Source of the DNA: Ranitomeya imitator
Taxonomy: Eukaryota
Length of the DNA stretch: 64,000 bases
Reading direction: 5' to 3'
Assembly: GCF_032444005.1 (NCBI RefSeq)
Contig: NC_091289.1
Span: 9,238,001-9,302,000, forward strand
Shown here: positions 34,901 to 46,468 of the stretch, piece after piece
How positions within the stretch are numbered: position 1 is the stretch's first letter
Layout: every line of letters starts with the position of its first letter
Program-made: the position numbers and the translations under genes
Notes under the pieces: generated by a model
What the model was told of the DNA's origin: nothing
The model's input: only the letters and a program-made list of their open reading frames with translations
Database searches by the model: none

Positions 34901-36490
34901 TTATACCAGGTCCTACGCTTGCCTTACCTCGCTGAGAATAAACGTCTCCATCTGAATGGGTACATGTGAAACCTCTTCTTAGACTAGAATTCTCTCTCTC
35001 TGTGGAGGGGTATTGGACCTGCTGTAATTAAAACACCTGTAGGCTAGGAGGCGGAATGCACGATCAGAAGGCTAGAGAATACATTTCAAAAACCTGACCT
35101 AGCCTACAGGTGTTTAAGAGGTTTCACATGTACCCATTCAGATGGAGACGTTTATTCTCAGCGAGGTAAGGCAAGCGTAGGACCTGGTATATGAGAGATA
35201 CCGTAAAGGGGCTACCAGGTACACATAAATTTGGCCATTTTTATGCACTAAAAGCTCTCATTTTTCATATTTCTAGTGCAGTAATGCAGTTCAAATTTCG
35301 TTTTTCAAGTTTGTATGTTCTAGCGCTGCGGTGTGCTGCCTTATTTACTTAACTATATACGAGTTGGCGACTCTAGGTTCAGCACCTGTTCACACTGAGT
35401 CTATGTTTGGATGTGCAGGTCAGGTTTTTGAAATGTATTCCCCCTAGTGGTGGCTGCAGACAGAATCTTATCATATATCTCTATATACAGGGAGCTCCCC
35501 CTAGTGGTGACTGCAGACAGGATCTTATCATGTATCTCTGTATACAGGGAGCTCCCCCTAGTGGTGGCTGCAGACAGGATCTTATCATGTATCTCTGTAT
35601 ACAGGGAGCTCCCCCTAGTGGTGACTGCAGACAGGATCTTATCCTATATCTCTGTATACAGGGAGCTCCCCCTAGTGGTGACTGCAGACAGGATCTTATC
35701 CTATATCTCTGTATACAGGGAGCTCCCCCTAGTGGTGACTGTAGACAGAACCTTATCATGTATCTCTGTATACAGGGAGCTCCCCCTAGTGGTGACTGCA
35801 GACAGGATCTTATCATGTATCTCTGTATACAGGGAGCTCCTCTAGTGGTGGCTGCAGACTGGATTGTATCATGTATCTCTGTATACAGGGAGCTCCCCCT
35901 AGTGGTGGCTTCAGACAGGATCTTATCATGCATCTCTGTATACAGGGAGCTCCCCCTAGTGGTGGCTGCAGACAGGATCTTATCATGTGTCTCTGTATAC
36001 AGGGAGCTCCCCCTAGTGGTGACTGCAGACAGGATCTTATCATGTGTCTCTGTATACAGGGAGCTCCCCCTAGTGGTGGCTGCAGACAGGATCTTATCAT
36101 GTGTCTCTGTATACAGGGAGCTCCCCCTAGTGGTGGCTGCAGACAGGATCTTATCATGTATCTCTGTATACAGGGAGCTCCCCCTAGTGGTGGCTGCAGA
36201 CAGGATCTTATCATGTATCTCTGTATACAGGGAGCTCCCCCTAGTGGTGGCTGCAGACAGGATCTTATCATGTATCTCTGTATACAGGGAGCTCCCCCTA
36301 GTGGTGGCTGCAGACAGGATCTTATCATGTATCTCTGTATACAGGGAGCTCCCCCTAGTGGTGGCTGCAGACAGGATCTTATCATGTATCTCTGTATACA
36401 GGGAGCTCCCCCTAGTGGTGACTGCAGACAGGATCTTATCATGTGTCTCTGTGTACAGGGAGCTCCCCCTAGTGGTGGCTTCAGACAGAG
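31917..36490. repeat. 57-bp minisatellite (about 68 copies) carrying a CTCF core motif, interrupted at 34741-35439
   Basis: Unit atcatgtatctctgtatacagggagctccccctagtggtggctgcagacaggatctt (19-aa periodicity in ORF track); minus strand contains CCACTAGGGGGAGC. Confidence 0.97.
34741..35439. mobile_element. 699-bp foldback insertion (two inverted copies of an overlapping unit) with an 11-12-bp target duplication; family unassigned
   Basis: Arms 34745-34977 and 35116-35348 are near-perfect reverse complements; 35077-35100 is the reverse complement of 35417-35440; (t)ccccctagtgg duplicated at 34730-34740 and 35440-35450. Confidence 0.85.
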
Positions 36491-36918
36491 TTTCATCAAG
36501 CAACTTCATGATTGTCTGTAGAGGAGGATCAGGAGAGCGGTGTGGAAGGATAGAGTTTGGTCCAGCTTGTGGCTTGTAATCCCTGATATTCTTGTCAAAT
36601 TTTTTATTACACTGAGAGTCCATTGTATTCCCCTGGTTCCCTATGATATTTTACAAGGCGCAGGAGGAAGGATTGCAGCATACTAAATGGCGCATTGAAT
36701 CGTCCGCACAGCAGTAACTACAGGACAGTGGGGTAATCCTTCTCTAATCCGCACATCAGGGTTTAGCTGTGGGTTAAGTGATACGTCTGTCAATGGAGCT
36801 ATATATAGTCCGGCTGCCATAAGATCTCACCGGGCAGAAAGCCCAGAGTGACCTCTGTGTATGCAGAGACCCAAACTCTTCGCCCACGACCCAATGTGCT
36901 TGTCAGGAAAGTATACAG

Positions 36919-38350
36919 GTATACGGTCCTGTCACTTCTGCAGCACTCATCCCCCATATTTATATCAGCAGCGGGTATACGGTCCTGTCTCCTCTGCAGC
37001 ACTCATCCCCCATATTCACACTCAGCAGTGTGTATCCCAGTATACGGTCCTGTCTCCTCTGCAGCGCTCATCCCCTATATTCACACTCAGCAGCGGGTAT
37101 ACAGTCCTGTCTCCTCTGCAGCACTCATCCCCCATATTCACACTCAGCAGTGTGTATCCCAGTATACGGTCCTGTCTCCTCTGCAGCGCTCATCCCCCAT
37201 ATTCACACTCAGCAGTGTGTATCCCAGTATACGGTCCTGTCTCCTCTGCAGCGCTCATCCCCCATATTCACACTCAGCAGCGGGTATACGGTCCTGTCTC
37301 CTCTGCAGCGCTCATCCCCCATATTCACACTCAGCAGCGGGTATACGTTCCTGTCTCCTCTGCAGCACTCATCCCCCATATTCACACTCCGCAGCGGGTA
37401 TACGGTCCTGTCTCCTCTGCAGCGCTCATCCCCCATATTCACAATCAGCAGCGGGTATACGGTCCTGTCTCCTCTGCAGCACACATCCCCTATATTCACA
37501 CTCAGCAGCGGGTATACGGTCCTGTCTCCTCTGCAGCGCTCATCCCCTATATTCACACTCAGCAGCGGGTATACGGTCCTGTCTCCTCTGCAGCGCTCAT
37601 CCCCTATATTCACACTCAGCAGCGGGTATACGGTCCTGTCTCCTCTGAAGCACTCATCCCCCATATTCACAATCAGCAGCGGGTATACGGTCCTGTCTCC
37701 TCTGCAGCACTCATCCCCCATATTCACACTCCGCAGCGGGTATACGGTCCTGTCTCCTCTGAAGCACTCATCCCCCATATTCACAATCAGCAGCGGGTAT
37801 ACGGTCCTGTCTCCCCTGCAGCACTCATCCCCTATATTCACACTCAGCAGCGGGTATACGGTCCTGTCTCCTCTGCAGCGCTCATCCCCTATATTCACAC
37901 TCAGCAGCGGGTATACGGTCCTGTCTCCTCTGCAGCGCTCATCCCCCATATTCACACTCCGCAGCGGGTATACGGTCCTGTCTCCTCTGCAGCGCTCATC
38001 CCCCATATTCACACTCCGCAGCGGGTATACGGTCCTGTCTCCTCTGCAGCGCTCATCCCCCATATTCACACTCCGCAGCGGGTATACGGTCCTGTCTCCT
38101 CTGCAGCGCTCATCCCCCATAATCACACTCAGCAGCGGGTATACGGTCCTGTCTCCTCTGCAGCGCTCATCCCCCATAATCACACTCAGCAGCAGGTATA
38201 CGGTCCTGTCTCCTCTGCAGCGCTCATCCCCCATATTTACAGCAGCGGGTATACGGTCCTGTCTCCTCTGCAGCGCTCATCTCCCGTATTCACAGCAGCG
38301 GGTATACGGTCCTGTCTCCTCTGCAGCGCTCATCTCCCATAATCACACTC
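36919..38350. repeat. Second, unrelated 57-bp minisatellite (about 25 copies)
   Basis: Unit cagcagcgggtatacggtcctgtctcctctgcagcgctcatcccccatattcacact. Confidence 0.97.
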
Positions 38351-38527
38351 CGGTTTCGCAGGATTACCTTCCACCTAAGAAGCTGATTTGAGGTTTAGCC
38401 ACTAAGTCTGACTGTAATGGACACTTTCAAGTTTTATCCATCCTGTTTTACCCTGATAAATATGATTAATGATTTGCAGTTTCTGTATCCGCTGTTATAA
38501 TCACAGTTTTTTTTCCTCTGGTTGCAG

Positions 38528-38656
38528 AAGTGCTGCCTTTGGTAGAGTTTTACCTGGAGGACGAGATCTCGGATGAAGAGGCCACGTCGCTCATCGACCT
38601 GGAGGCCCCCAGGAGCAACGCCAGTAAGGACAGGTGGCAGGAGCTGTCCTCAGCCG
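38528..38656 (+). CDS. IFT122: IFT122 coding exon (followed by a second U12-type intron)
   Basis: gttgcag|AA GTG CTG...GCC G|gtatcctc; (E)VLPLVEFYLEDEISDEEATSLIDLEAPRSNASKDRWQELSSA; 129 bp. Confidence 0.92.
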
Positions 38657-39260
38657 GTATCCTCAGGCGCTGTGCACACACAGCAGTATTCATGGGTTTT
38701 ACATTATGGTGTAAAAATGACATTGAGAAAAGTCGTTCACACTTTGCATCTATAGACCAATCGGCATATAAAGAAGGACAAAACCGCAGGGGAACCTGCC
38801 GCGGGTTAGATTTGTGCCTGTGTGCCAATTATTTATTTTGCAGTTTCACCAAGAAAACAAATATAAAAATGTGACTAATTAAAAATAAATGATATATATA
38901 TATATATATATGCCGCTGCCCGTGTCCCCCCAACAGTCTCCTCGCTTCCTCTCTCTGGCTGCTGAGATCTCCTGTCATCAGTGGTTGCTGATTGGCTACT
39001 GCAGTCACGTGACCTCTCCCACCAGAAGAGGAAGTGAGAAGACCCGTGGGGGAATGTTGACAGCAGGGGAGCGGCTGGGGGGTCTGGTCAGTGATTACAT
39101 TATTTTTTTATAATTTATAGCCTTCATGGGCCCCTTCATAAAATAATAATACTCTAGTGTAGGAGCCCTTTAAGGGGAGGTTCCTGCGGTATATGCAGTG
39201 TCCCGGGCCGCGTGTATATAGTGACAGCGCATCCGCCATTACCTTAACCCACAACTATAG
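38657..39260 (+). other. Second U12-type GT-AG intron of IFT122, 604 bp
   Basis: 5' site GTATCCTC; branch point ACCTTAAC at 39241-39248, 13 nt before TAG; no pyrimidine tract; junction G+AT = Asp keeps frame. Confidence 0.8.
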
Positions 39261-39337
39261 ATGCGCAGACACTACGGCTGGACGAGGATGAAAGGACGCC
39301 GGACGACGACCCGTTCACTGCAAAGTTAAGTTTTGAG
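39261..39337 (+). CDS. IFT122: IFT122 coding exon
   Basis: ctatag|AT GCG CAG...GAG|gtgagt; (D)AQTLRLDEDERTPDDDPFTAKLSFE; 77 bp. Confidence 0.92.
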
Positions 39338-39546
39338 GTGAGTTCTATGTTATCTGAGGAGAGCGGCCAGAAATCGCCCCCAAATGTCCTATATCTCCGA
39401 CCCGTAAAAAATGCCCCAGAGATATACTGGTCTAGGGTCCGCAGCCCCTGCGGGAGACGCTGCAGCTTTCAGATCGTCCCTCCTGTTCATTATTGGGGTC
39501 CTGCAGTGAAGATGTGGCTGACGTTCTTCTCTCCCTACAATTGCAG

Positions 39547-39711
39547 CAGGGCGGCTCCGAGTTCGTCCCTGTGATCGTGAACCGCTCGGTCCTGAGGTCC
39601 ATGAGCCGGCGGGACGTGATGGTGAAGCGTTGGCCGAAGCCCCTGAAGTGGCAGTACTACCGCTCCCTGCTGCCCGACGTCTCCATCACCATGTGTCAGT
39701 CCTGTTTCCAG
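39547..39711 (+). CDS. IFT122: IFT122 penultimate coding exon
   Basis: ttgcag|CAG GGC...CAG|gtacga; [55 protein letters not shown]; 165 bp; NAGNAG tandem acceptor. Confidence 0.95.
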
Positions 39712-39743
39712 GTACGAGCCGCCATTTATACGCTGCTTCCCGC

Positions 39744-42700
39744 ACATCACGTCCTCAACGCTCCGCGCTCACCACATCTCCAGTCGCTCATCACGTGCTC
39801 TGCGCTCATCATGTCCTCACTCGCTCTGCGCTCACCACATCTCCTGTCGCTCATCACGTCCTCAGTCGCTCATCACATCCTCAGTCGCTCCGCCCTCATC
39901 ACGTCCTCAGTCGCTCCGCGCTCATCACATCCTCAGTCGCTCCGCGCTCATCACGTCCTCAGTCGCTCATCACATCCTCATTCGCTCTGCGCTCATCACG
40001 TCCTCAGTCGCTCCGCGCTCATCACGTCCTCAGTCGCTCCGCGCTCATCACGTCCTCAGTCGCTCCGCGCTCATCACGTCCTCAGTCGCTCTGCGCTCGT
40101 CACATCCTCAGTCGCTCCGCGCTCGTCACATCCTCAGTCGCTCCGCGCTCGTCACATCCTCAGTCGCTCCGCGCTCATCACGTCCTCAGTCGCTCCGCAC
40201 TCATCACGTCCTCAATGCTCCGCGCTCATCACATCCTCAGTCGCTCCGCGCTCATCACGTCCTCAATGCTCCGCGCTCATCACGTCCTCAGTCGCTCCAC
40301 GCTCATCACGTCCTCAGTCGCTCATCACATCCTCAGTCGCTCCACGCTCATCACGTCCTCAATGCTCCGCGCTCATCACGTCCTCAGTCGCTCCGCGCTC
40401 ATCACGTCCTCAGTCGCTCCGCACTCATCACGTCCTCAATGCTCCGCGCTCATCACATCCTCAGTCGCTCCGCGCTCATCACGTCCTCAATGCTCCGCGC
40501 TCATCACGTCCTCAGTCGCTCCACGCTCATCACGTCCTCAGTCGCTCATCACATCCTCAGTCTCTCCGCGCTCATCACGTCCTCAATGCTCCGCGCTCAT
40601 CACGTCCTCAGTCGCTCCGCGCTCATCACGTCCTCAGTCGCTCCGCGCTCATCACGTCCTCAGTCGCTCCGCGCTCATCACGTCCTCAGTCGCTCCGCGC
40701 TCATCACGTCCTCAGTCGCTCCGCCCTCATCACGTCCTCAGTCGCTCCGCGCTCATCACGTCCTCAGTCGCTCCGCGCTCGTCACATCCTCAGTCGCTCC
40801 GCGCTCGTCACATCCTCAGTCGCTCCGCGCTCGTCACATCCTCAGTCGCTCCGCGCTCATCACGTCCTCAGTCGCTCCGCACTCATCACGTCCTCAATGC
40901 TCCGCGCTCATCACATCCTCAGTCGCTCCGCGCTCATCACGTCCTCAATGCTCCGCGCTCATCACGTCCTCAGTCGCTCCACGCTCATCACGTCCTCAGT
41001 CGCTCATCACGTCCTCAGTCGCTCCACGCTCATCACGTCCTCAGTCGCTCCGCGCTCGTCACATCCTCAGTCGCTCCGCGCTCGTCACATCCTCAGTCGC
41101 TCCGCGCTCGTCACATCCTCAGTCGCTCCGCGCTCATCACGTCCTCAGTCGCTCCGCACTCATCACGTCCTCAATGCTCCGCGCTCATCACATCCTCAGT
41201 CGCTCCGCGCTCATCACGTCCTCAATGCTCCGCGCTCATCACGTCCTCAGTCGCTCCACGCTCATCACGTCCTCAGTCGCTCATCACGTCCTCAGTCGCT
41301 CCACGCTCATCACGTCCTCAGTCGCTCATCACGTCCTCAGTCGCTCCGCGCTCATCACGTCCTCAGTCGCTCCGCGCTCATCACATCCTCAGTCGCTCCG
41401 CGCTCATTACATCCCCAGTCGCTCCGCCCTCATCACATCCTCAGTCGCTCCGCGCTCATCACATCCTCAGTCGCTCCGCGCTCATTACATCCCCAGTCGC
41501 TCCGCCCTCATCACGTCCTCAGTCGCTCCACGCTCATCACGTCCTCAGTCGCTCCGCGCTCATCACATCCTCAGTCGCTCCGCGCTCATCACGTCCTCAG
41601 TCGCTCCGCGCTCATTACGTCCTCAACGCTCCGCGCTCATCACGTCCTCAGTCGCTCCGCGCTCATCACGTCCTCAGTCGCTCCGCGCTCATCACGTCCT
41701 CAGTCGCTCCGCGCTCATCACTTCCTCAGTCGCTCCGCGCTCATCACGTCCTCAGTCGCTCCGCGCTCATTACGTCCTCAACGCTCCGCGCTCATCACGT
41801 CCTCAGTCGCTCCGCGCTCATCACGTCCTCAGTCGCTCCGCGCTCATCACGTCCTCAGTCGCTCCGCGCTCATCACGTCCTCAGTCGCTCCGCGCTCATC
41901 ACGTCCTCAACACTCCGCGCTCATCACATCCTCAGTCGCTCCGCGCTCATCACGTCCTCAGTCGCTCCGCGCTCATCACGTCCTCAACGCTCCGCGCTTA
42001 TCACGTCCTCAACGCTCCGCGCTCATCACGTCCTCAGTCGCTCCGCGCTCATCACGTCCTCAGTCGCTCCGCGCTCATCACGTCCTCAGTCGCTCCGCGC
42101 TCATCACGTCCTCAATGCTCCGCGCTCATCACATCCTCAGTCGCTCCGCGCTCATCACGTCCTCAACGCTCCGCGCTCATCACGTCCTCAACGCTCCGCG
42201 CTCATCACGTCCTCAATGCTCCGCGCTCATCACGTCCTCAGTCGCTCCGCGCTCATCACGTCCTCAGTCGCTCCGCGCTCATCACGTCCTCAGTCGCTCC
42301 GCGCTCATCACGTCCTCAGTCGCTCCGCGCTCATCACGTCCTCAGTCGCTCCGCCCTCATCACGTCCTCAGTCGCTCCGCCCTCATCACGTCCTCAGTCG
42401 ATCCGCCCTCATCACGTCCTCAGTCGCTCCGCCCTCATCACGTCCTCAGTCGCTCCGCCCTCATCACGTCCTCAGTCGCTCCGCCCTCATCACGTCCTCA
42501 GTCGCTCCGCCCTCATCACGTCCTCAGTCGCTCCGCGCTCATCACGTCCTCAGTCGCTCCGCCCTCATCACGTCCTCAGTCGCTCCGCCCTCATCACGTC
42601 CTCAGTCGCTCCGCCCTCATCACGTCCTCAGTCGCTCCGCCCTCATCACGTCCTCAGTCGCTCCGCGCTCATCACGTCCTCAGTCGCTCCGCCCTCATCA

Positions 42701-42762
42701 CGTCCTCAGTCGCTCCGCGCTCATCACGTCCTCAACGCTCCGCCCTCATCACGTCCTCAGTC
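39744..42762. repeat. 26-bp CpG-rich minisatellite (about 120 copies) filling the last IFT122 intron
   Basis: Unit tcatcacgtcctcagtcgctccgcgc with shorter variants; occupies about 3.0 of the 3.07-kb intron 39712-42780. Confidence 0.97.
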
Positions 42763-42780
42763 ACGTTTCTTTTCTTGCAG

Positions 42781-42870
42781 ATGTTTCACACAGAAGATTA
42801 CGAGCTCCTCGTCCTCCAGCACAACTGCTGCCCGTACTGCCGGAAACCCATCGAGGAGGCCGGACAGTGA
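42781..42870 (+). CDS. IFT122: IFT122 terminal coding exon
   Basis: tttcttgcag|ATG TTT CAC...CAG TGA; [29 protein letters not shown]; the 15 exons sum to 1878 bp = 625 aa + stop. Confidence 0.95.
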   Translation: MFHTEDYELLVLQHNCCPYCRKPIEEAGQ

Positions 42871-42898
42871 TGGGACCACGAGCCGCTGGATCCCGATA

Positions 42899-43597
42899 AC
42901 CAGCAGAGACCAGAACCGGCCGTCACTGACCAGCAGGGAACAGAACCGACCGCCACCGACCAGCAGGGACCAGAACCGACAGTCACCGACCAGCAGAGAC
43001 CAGAACCGGCCGTCACTGACCAGCAGGGACCAGAACCGACCGCCACCGACCAGCAGGGACCAGAACCGACAGTCACCGACCAGCAGAGACCAGAACCGGC
43101 CATCACTGACCAGCAGGGACCAGAACCGACAGTCACCGACCAGCAGAGACCAGAATCGGCCATCACCGACCAGCAGGGACCAGAACCGACAGTCACCGAC
43201 CAGCAGAGACCAGGACCGACCGCCACCGACCAGCAGAGACCAGAACCGGCCATCACCGACCAGCAGGGACCAGAACCGACAGTCACCGACCAGCAGAGAC
43301 CAGAACCGACCGCCACCGACCATCAGGGACCAGAACCGGCCATCACCGACCAGCAGGGACCAGAACCGACCGCCACCGACCAGCAGGGACCAGAACCGAC
43401 AGTCACCGACCAGCAGGGACCCGAACCGACAGTCACCGACCAGCAGGGACCAGAACCGACCGCCACCGACCAGCAAGGACCAGAACCAACCGCCACCGAC
43501 CAGCAGGGACCAGAACCGACAGTCACCGACCAGCAGGGACCAGAACCGACAGTCACCGACCAGCAGAGACCAGAACCGGCCGTCACCGACCAGCAGG
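42899..43597. repeat. 30-bp minisatellite (about 23 copies) just after the IFT122 stop codon
   Basis: Unit ccagcagggaccagaaccgacagtcaccga (TSRDQNRQSP periodicity in ORF track). Confidence 0.97.
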
Positions 43598-43639
43598 GAA
43601 ATTATATTTGTTTATAATTATTATTATTTTATATAAATT

Positions 43640-43645
43640 ATTAAA
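43640..43645 (+). terminator. Candidate IFT122 poly(A) signal (ATTAAA variant)
   Basis: ATTAAA in the short AT-rich unique segment between the 30-bp and 41-bp arrays; no AATAAA seen after the stop codon before it. Confidence 0.45.
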
Positions 43646-43698
43646 TCATTTGTACTAATTCTTCCCTGGATTCTACTGTAAATGATAAAATGTTAGCT

Positions 43699-46468
43699 AT
43701 ACAGCTCAACAGTCAGTATCACACAGGAGAGGATTAGATACACAGCTCAGCAGTCAGTATCACACAGGAGAGGATTAGATACACAGCTCAGCAGTCAGTA
43801 TCACACAGGAGAGGATTAGATACACAGCTCATCAGACAGTATCACACAGGATAGGATTAGATACACAGCTCAGCAGTCAGTATCACACAGGATAGGATTA
43901 GATACACAGCTCAGCAGACAGTATCACACAGGATAGGATTAGATACACAGCTCAGCAGTCAGTATCACACAGGAGAGGATTAGATACACGGCTCAGCAGA
44001 CAGTATCACACAGGATGGGATTAGATACACGGCTCAGCAGACAGTATCACACAGGATAGGATTAGATACACAGCTCAGCAGTCAGTATCACACAGGAGAG
44101 GATTAGATACACGGCTCAGCAGTCTATCACACAGGATAGGATTAGATACACGGCTCAGCAGACAGTATCACACAGGATAGGATTAGATACACGGCTCAGC
44201 AGTCAGTATACACAGGAGAGGATTAGATACACGGCTCAGCAGTCAGTATCACACAGGATAGGATTAGATACACGGCTCAGCAGACAGTATCACACAGGAT
44301 AGGATTAGATACACAGCTCAGCAGTCAGTATCACACAGGAGAGGATTAGATACACAGCTCAGCAGTCAGTATCACACAGGAGAGGATTAGATACACAGCT
44401 CATCAGACAGTATCACACAGGATAGGATTAGATACACAGCTCAGCAGTCAGTATCACACAGGATAGGATTAGATACACAGCTCAGCAGACAGTATCACAC
44501 AGGATAGGATTAGATACACAGCTCAGCAGTCAGTATCACACAGGAGAGGATTAGATACACGGCTCAGCAGACAGTATCACACAGGATGGGATTAGATACA
44601 CGGCTCAGCAGACAGTATCACACAGGATAGGATTAGATACACAGCTCAGCAGTCAGTATCACACAGGAGAGGATTAGATACACGGCTCAGCAGTCTATCA
44701 CAGGATAGGATTAGATACACGGCTCAGCAGACAGTATCACACAGGATAGGATTAGATACACGGCTCAGCAGTCAGTATACACAGGAGAGGATTAGATACA
44801 CGGCTCAGCAGTCAGTATCACACAGGATAGGATTAGATACACGGCTCAGCAGACAGTATCACACAGGATAGGATTAGATACACGGCTCAGCAGTCAGTAT
44901 CACACAGGATAGGATTAGATACACGGCTCAGCAGACAGTATCACACAGGATAGGATTAGATACACGGCTCAGCAGTCAGTATCACACAGGATAGGATTAG
45001 ATACACGGCTCAGCAGTCAGTATCACACAGGAGAGGATTAGATACACGGCTCAGCAGTCAGTATCACACAGGATAGGATTAGATACACGGCTCAGCAGAC
45101 AGTATCACACAGGAGAGGATTAGATACACGGCTCAGCAGTCAGTATCACACAGGAGAGGATTAGATACACGGCTCAGCAGACAGTATCACACAGGATAGG
45201 ATTAGATACACGGCTCAGCAGTCAGTATCACACAGGAGAGGATTAGATACACGGCTCAGCAGTCAGTATACACAGGAGAGGATTAGATACACGGCTCAGC
45301 AGTCAGTATCACACAGGATAGGATTAGATACACGGCTCAGCAGACAGTATCACACAGGATAGGATTAGATACACGGCTCAGCAGTCAGTATCACACAGGA
45401 TAGGATTAGATACACGGCTCAGCAGTATCACACAGGATAGGATTAGATACACAGCTCAGCAGACAGTATCACACAGGAGAGGATTAGATACACAGCTCAT
45501 CAGACAGTATCACAGGATAGGATTAGATACATAGCTTAGCAGACAGTATACACAGGATAGGTTTAGATACACGGCTCAGCAGATAGTATCCCACATGATA
45601 GGATTAGATACACAGCTCAGAAGTCAGTATCACACAAGAGAGGATAAGATACACGGCTCAGCAGACAGTATCACACAGGATAGGATTAGATACACGGCTC
45701 AGCAGACAGTATCACACAGGATAGGATTAGATACACGGCTCAGCAGTCAGTATCACACAGGATAGGATTAGATACACGGCTCAGCAGACAGTATCACACA
45801 GGATAGGATTAGATACACGGCTCAGCAGTCAGTATCACACAGGAGAGGATTAGATACACGGCTCAGCAGTATCACAGGATAGGATTAGATACACAGCTCA
45901 GCAGACAGTATCACACAGGAGAGGATTAGATACACGGCTCAGCAGACAGTATCACACAGGAGAGGCTTAGATACACGGCTCAGAAGTCAGTATCACACAA
46001 GAGAGGCTTAGATACACGGCTCAGCAGTCAGTATCACACAGGATAGGATTAGATACACGGCTCAGCAGACAGTATCACACAGGATAGGATTAGATACACG
46101 GCTCAGCAGTCAGTATCACACAGGAGAGGATTAGATACACGGCTCAGCAGTATCACAGGATAGGATTAGATACACAGCTCAGCAGACAGTATCACACAGG
46201 AGAGGATTAGATACACGGCTCAGCAGACAGTATCACACAGGATAGGATTAGATACACAGCTCAGCAGTCAGTATCACACAGGAGAGGATTAGATACACAG
46301 CTCATCAGACAGTATCACAGGATAGGATTAGATACATAGCTTAGCAGACAGTATACACAGGATAGGTTTAGATACACGGCTCAGCAGACAGTATCACACA
46401 GGAGAGGATTAGATACACGGCTCAGAAGTCAGTATCACACAAGAGAGGCTTAGATACACGGCTCAGCA
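43699..46468. repeat. 41-bp minisatellite (about 67 copies) between IFT122 and RHO
   Basis: Unit cagcagacagtatcacacaggataggattagatacacggct; period 41 checked at 43746/43787. Confidence 0.97.

Noticed and set aside
34741-35352. Reading the foldback as a simple TTAA-flanked piggyBac/Kolobok MITE
   Set aside because: TTAA is present at both arm ends, but 87 further non-array bases follow (partly complementary to the interior), and the array resumes with an 11-12-bp duplication, so the real boundaries are wider; termini (GTAAAT) also do not fit CCY or RR ends
34741-35439. Hammerhead ribozyme in the foldback element
   Set aside because: No CUGANGA...GAAA core found by eye on either strand
27599-38391. 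200-700-aa repetitive ORFs on both strands (PHLSEEAE..., IQGAPPSGG..., YGPVSSAAL...)
   Set aside because: Periodicity equals the DNA unit; open in several frames and strands; intronic; no domain-like content
39493-43636. Three overlapping ORFs of more than 1000 aa ([15 protein letters not shown]...)
   Set aside because: Translations of the stop-free 26-bp and 30-bp arrays; only the IFT122 exon portions (39547-39711, 42781-42870) are real
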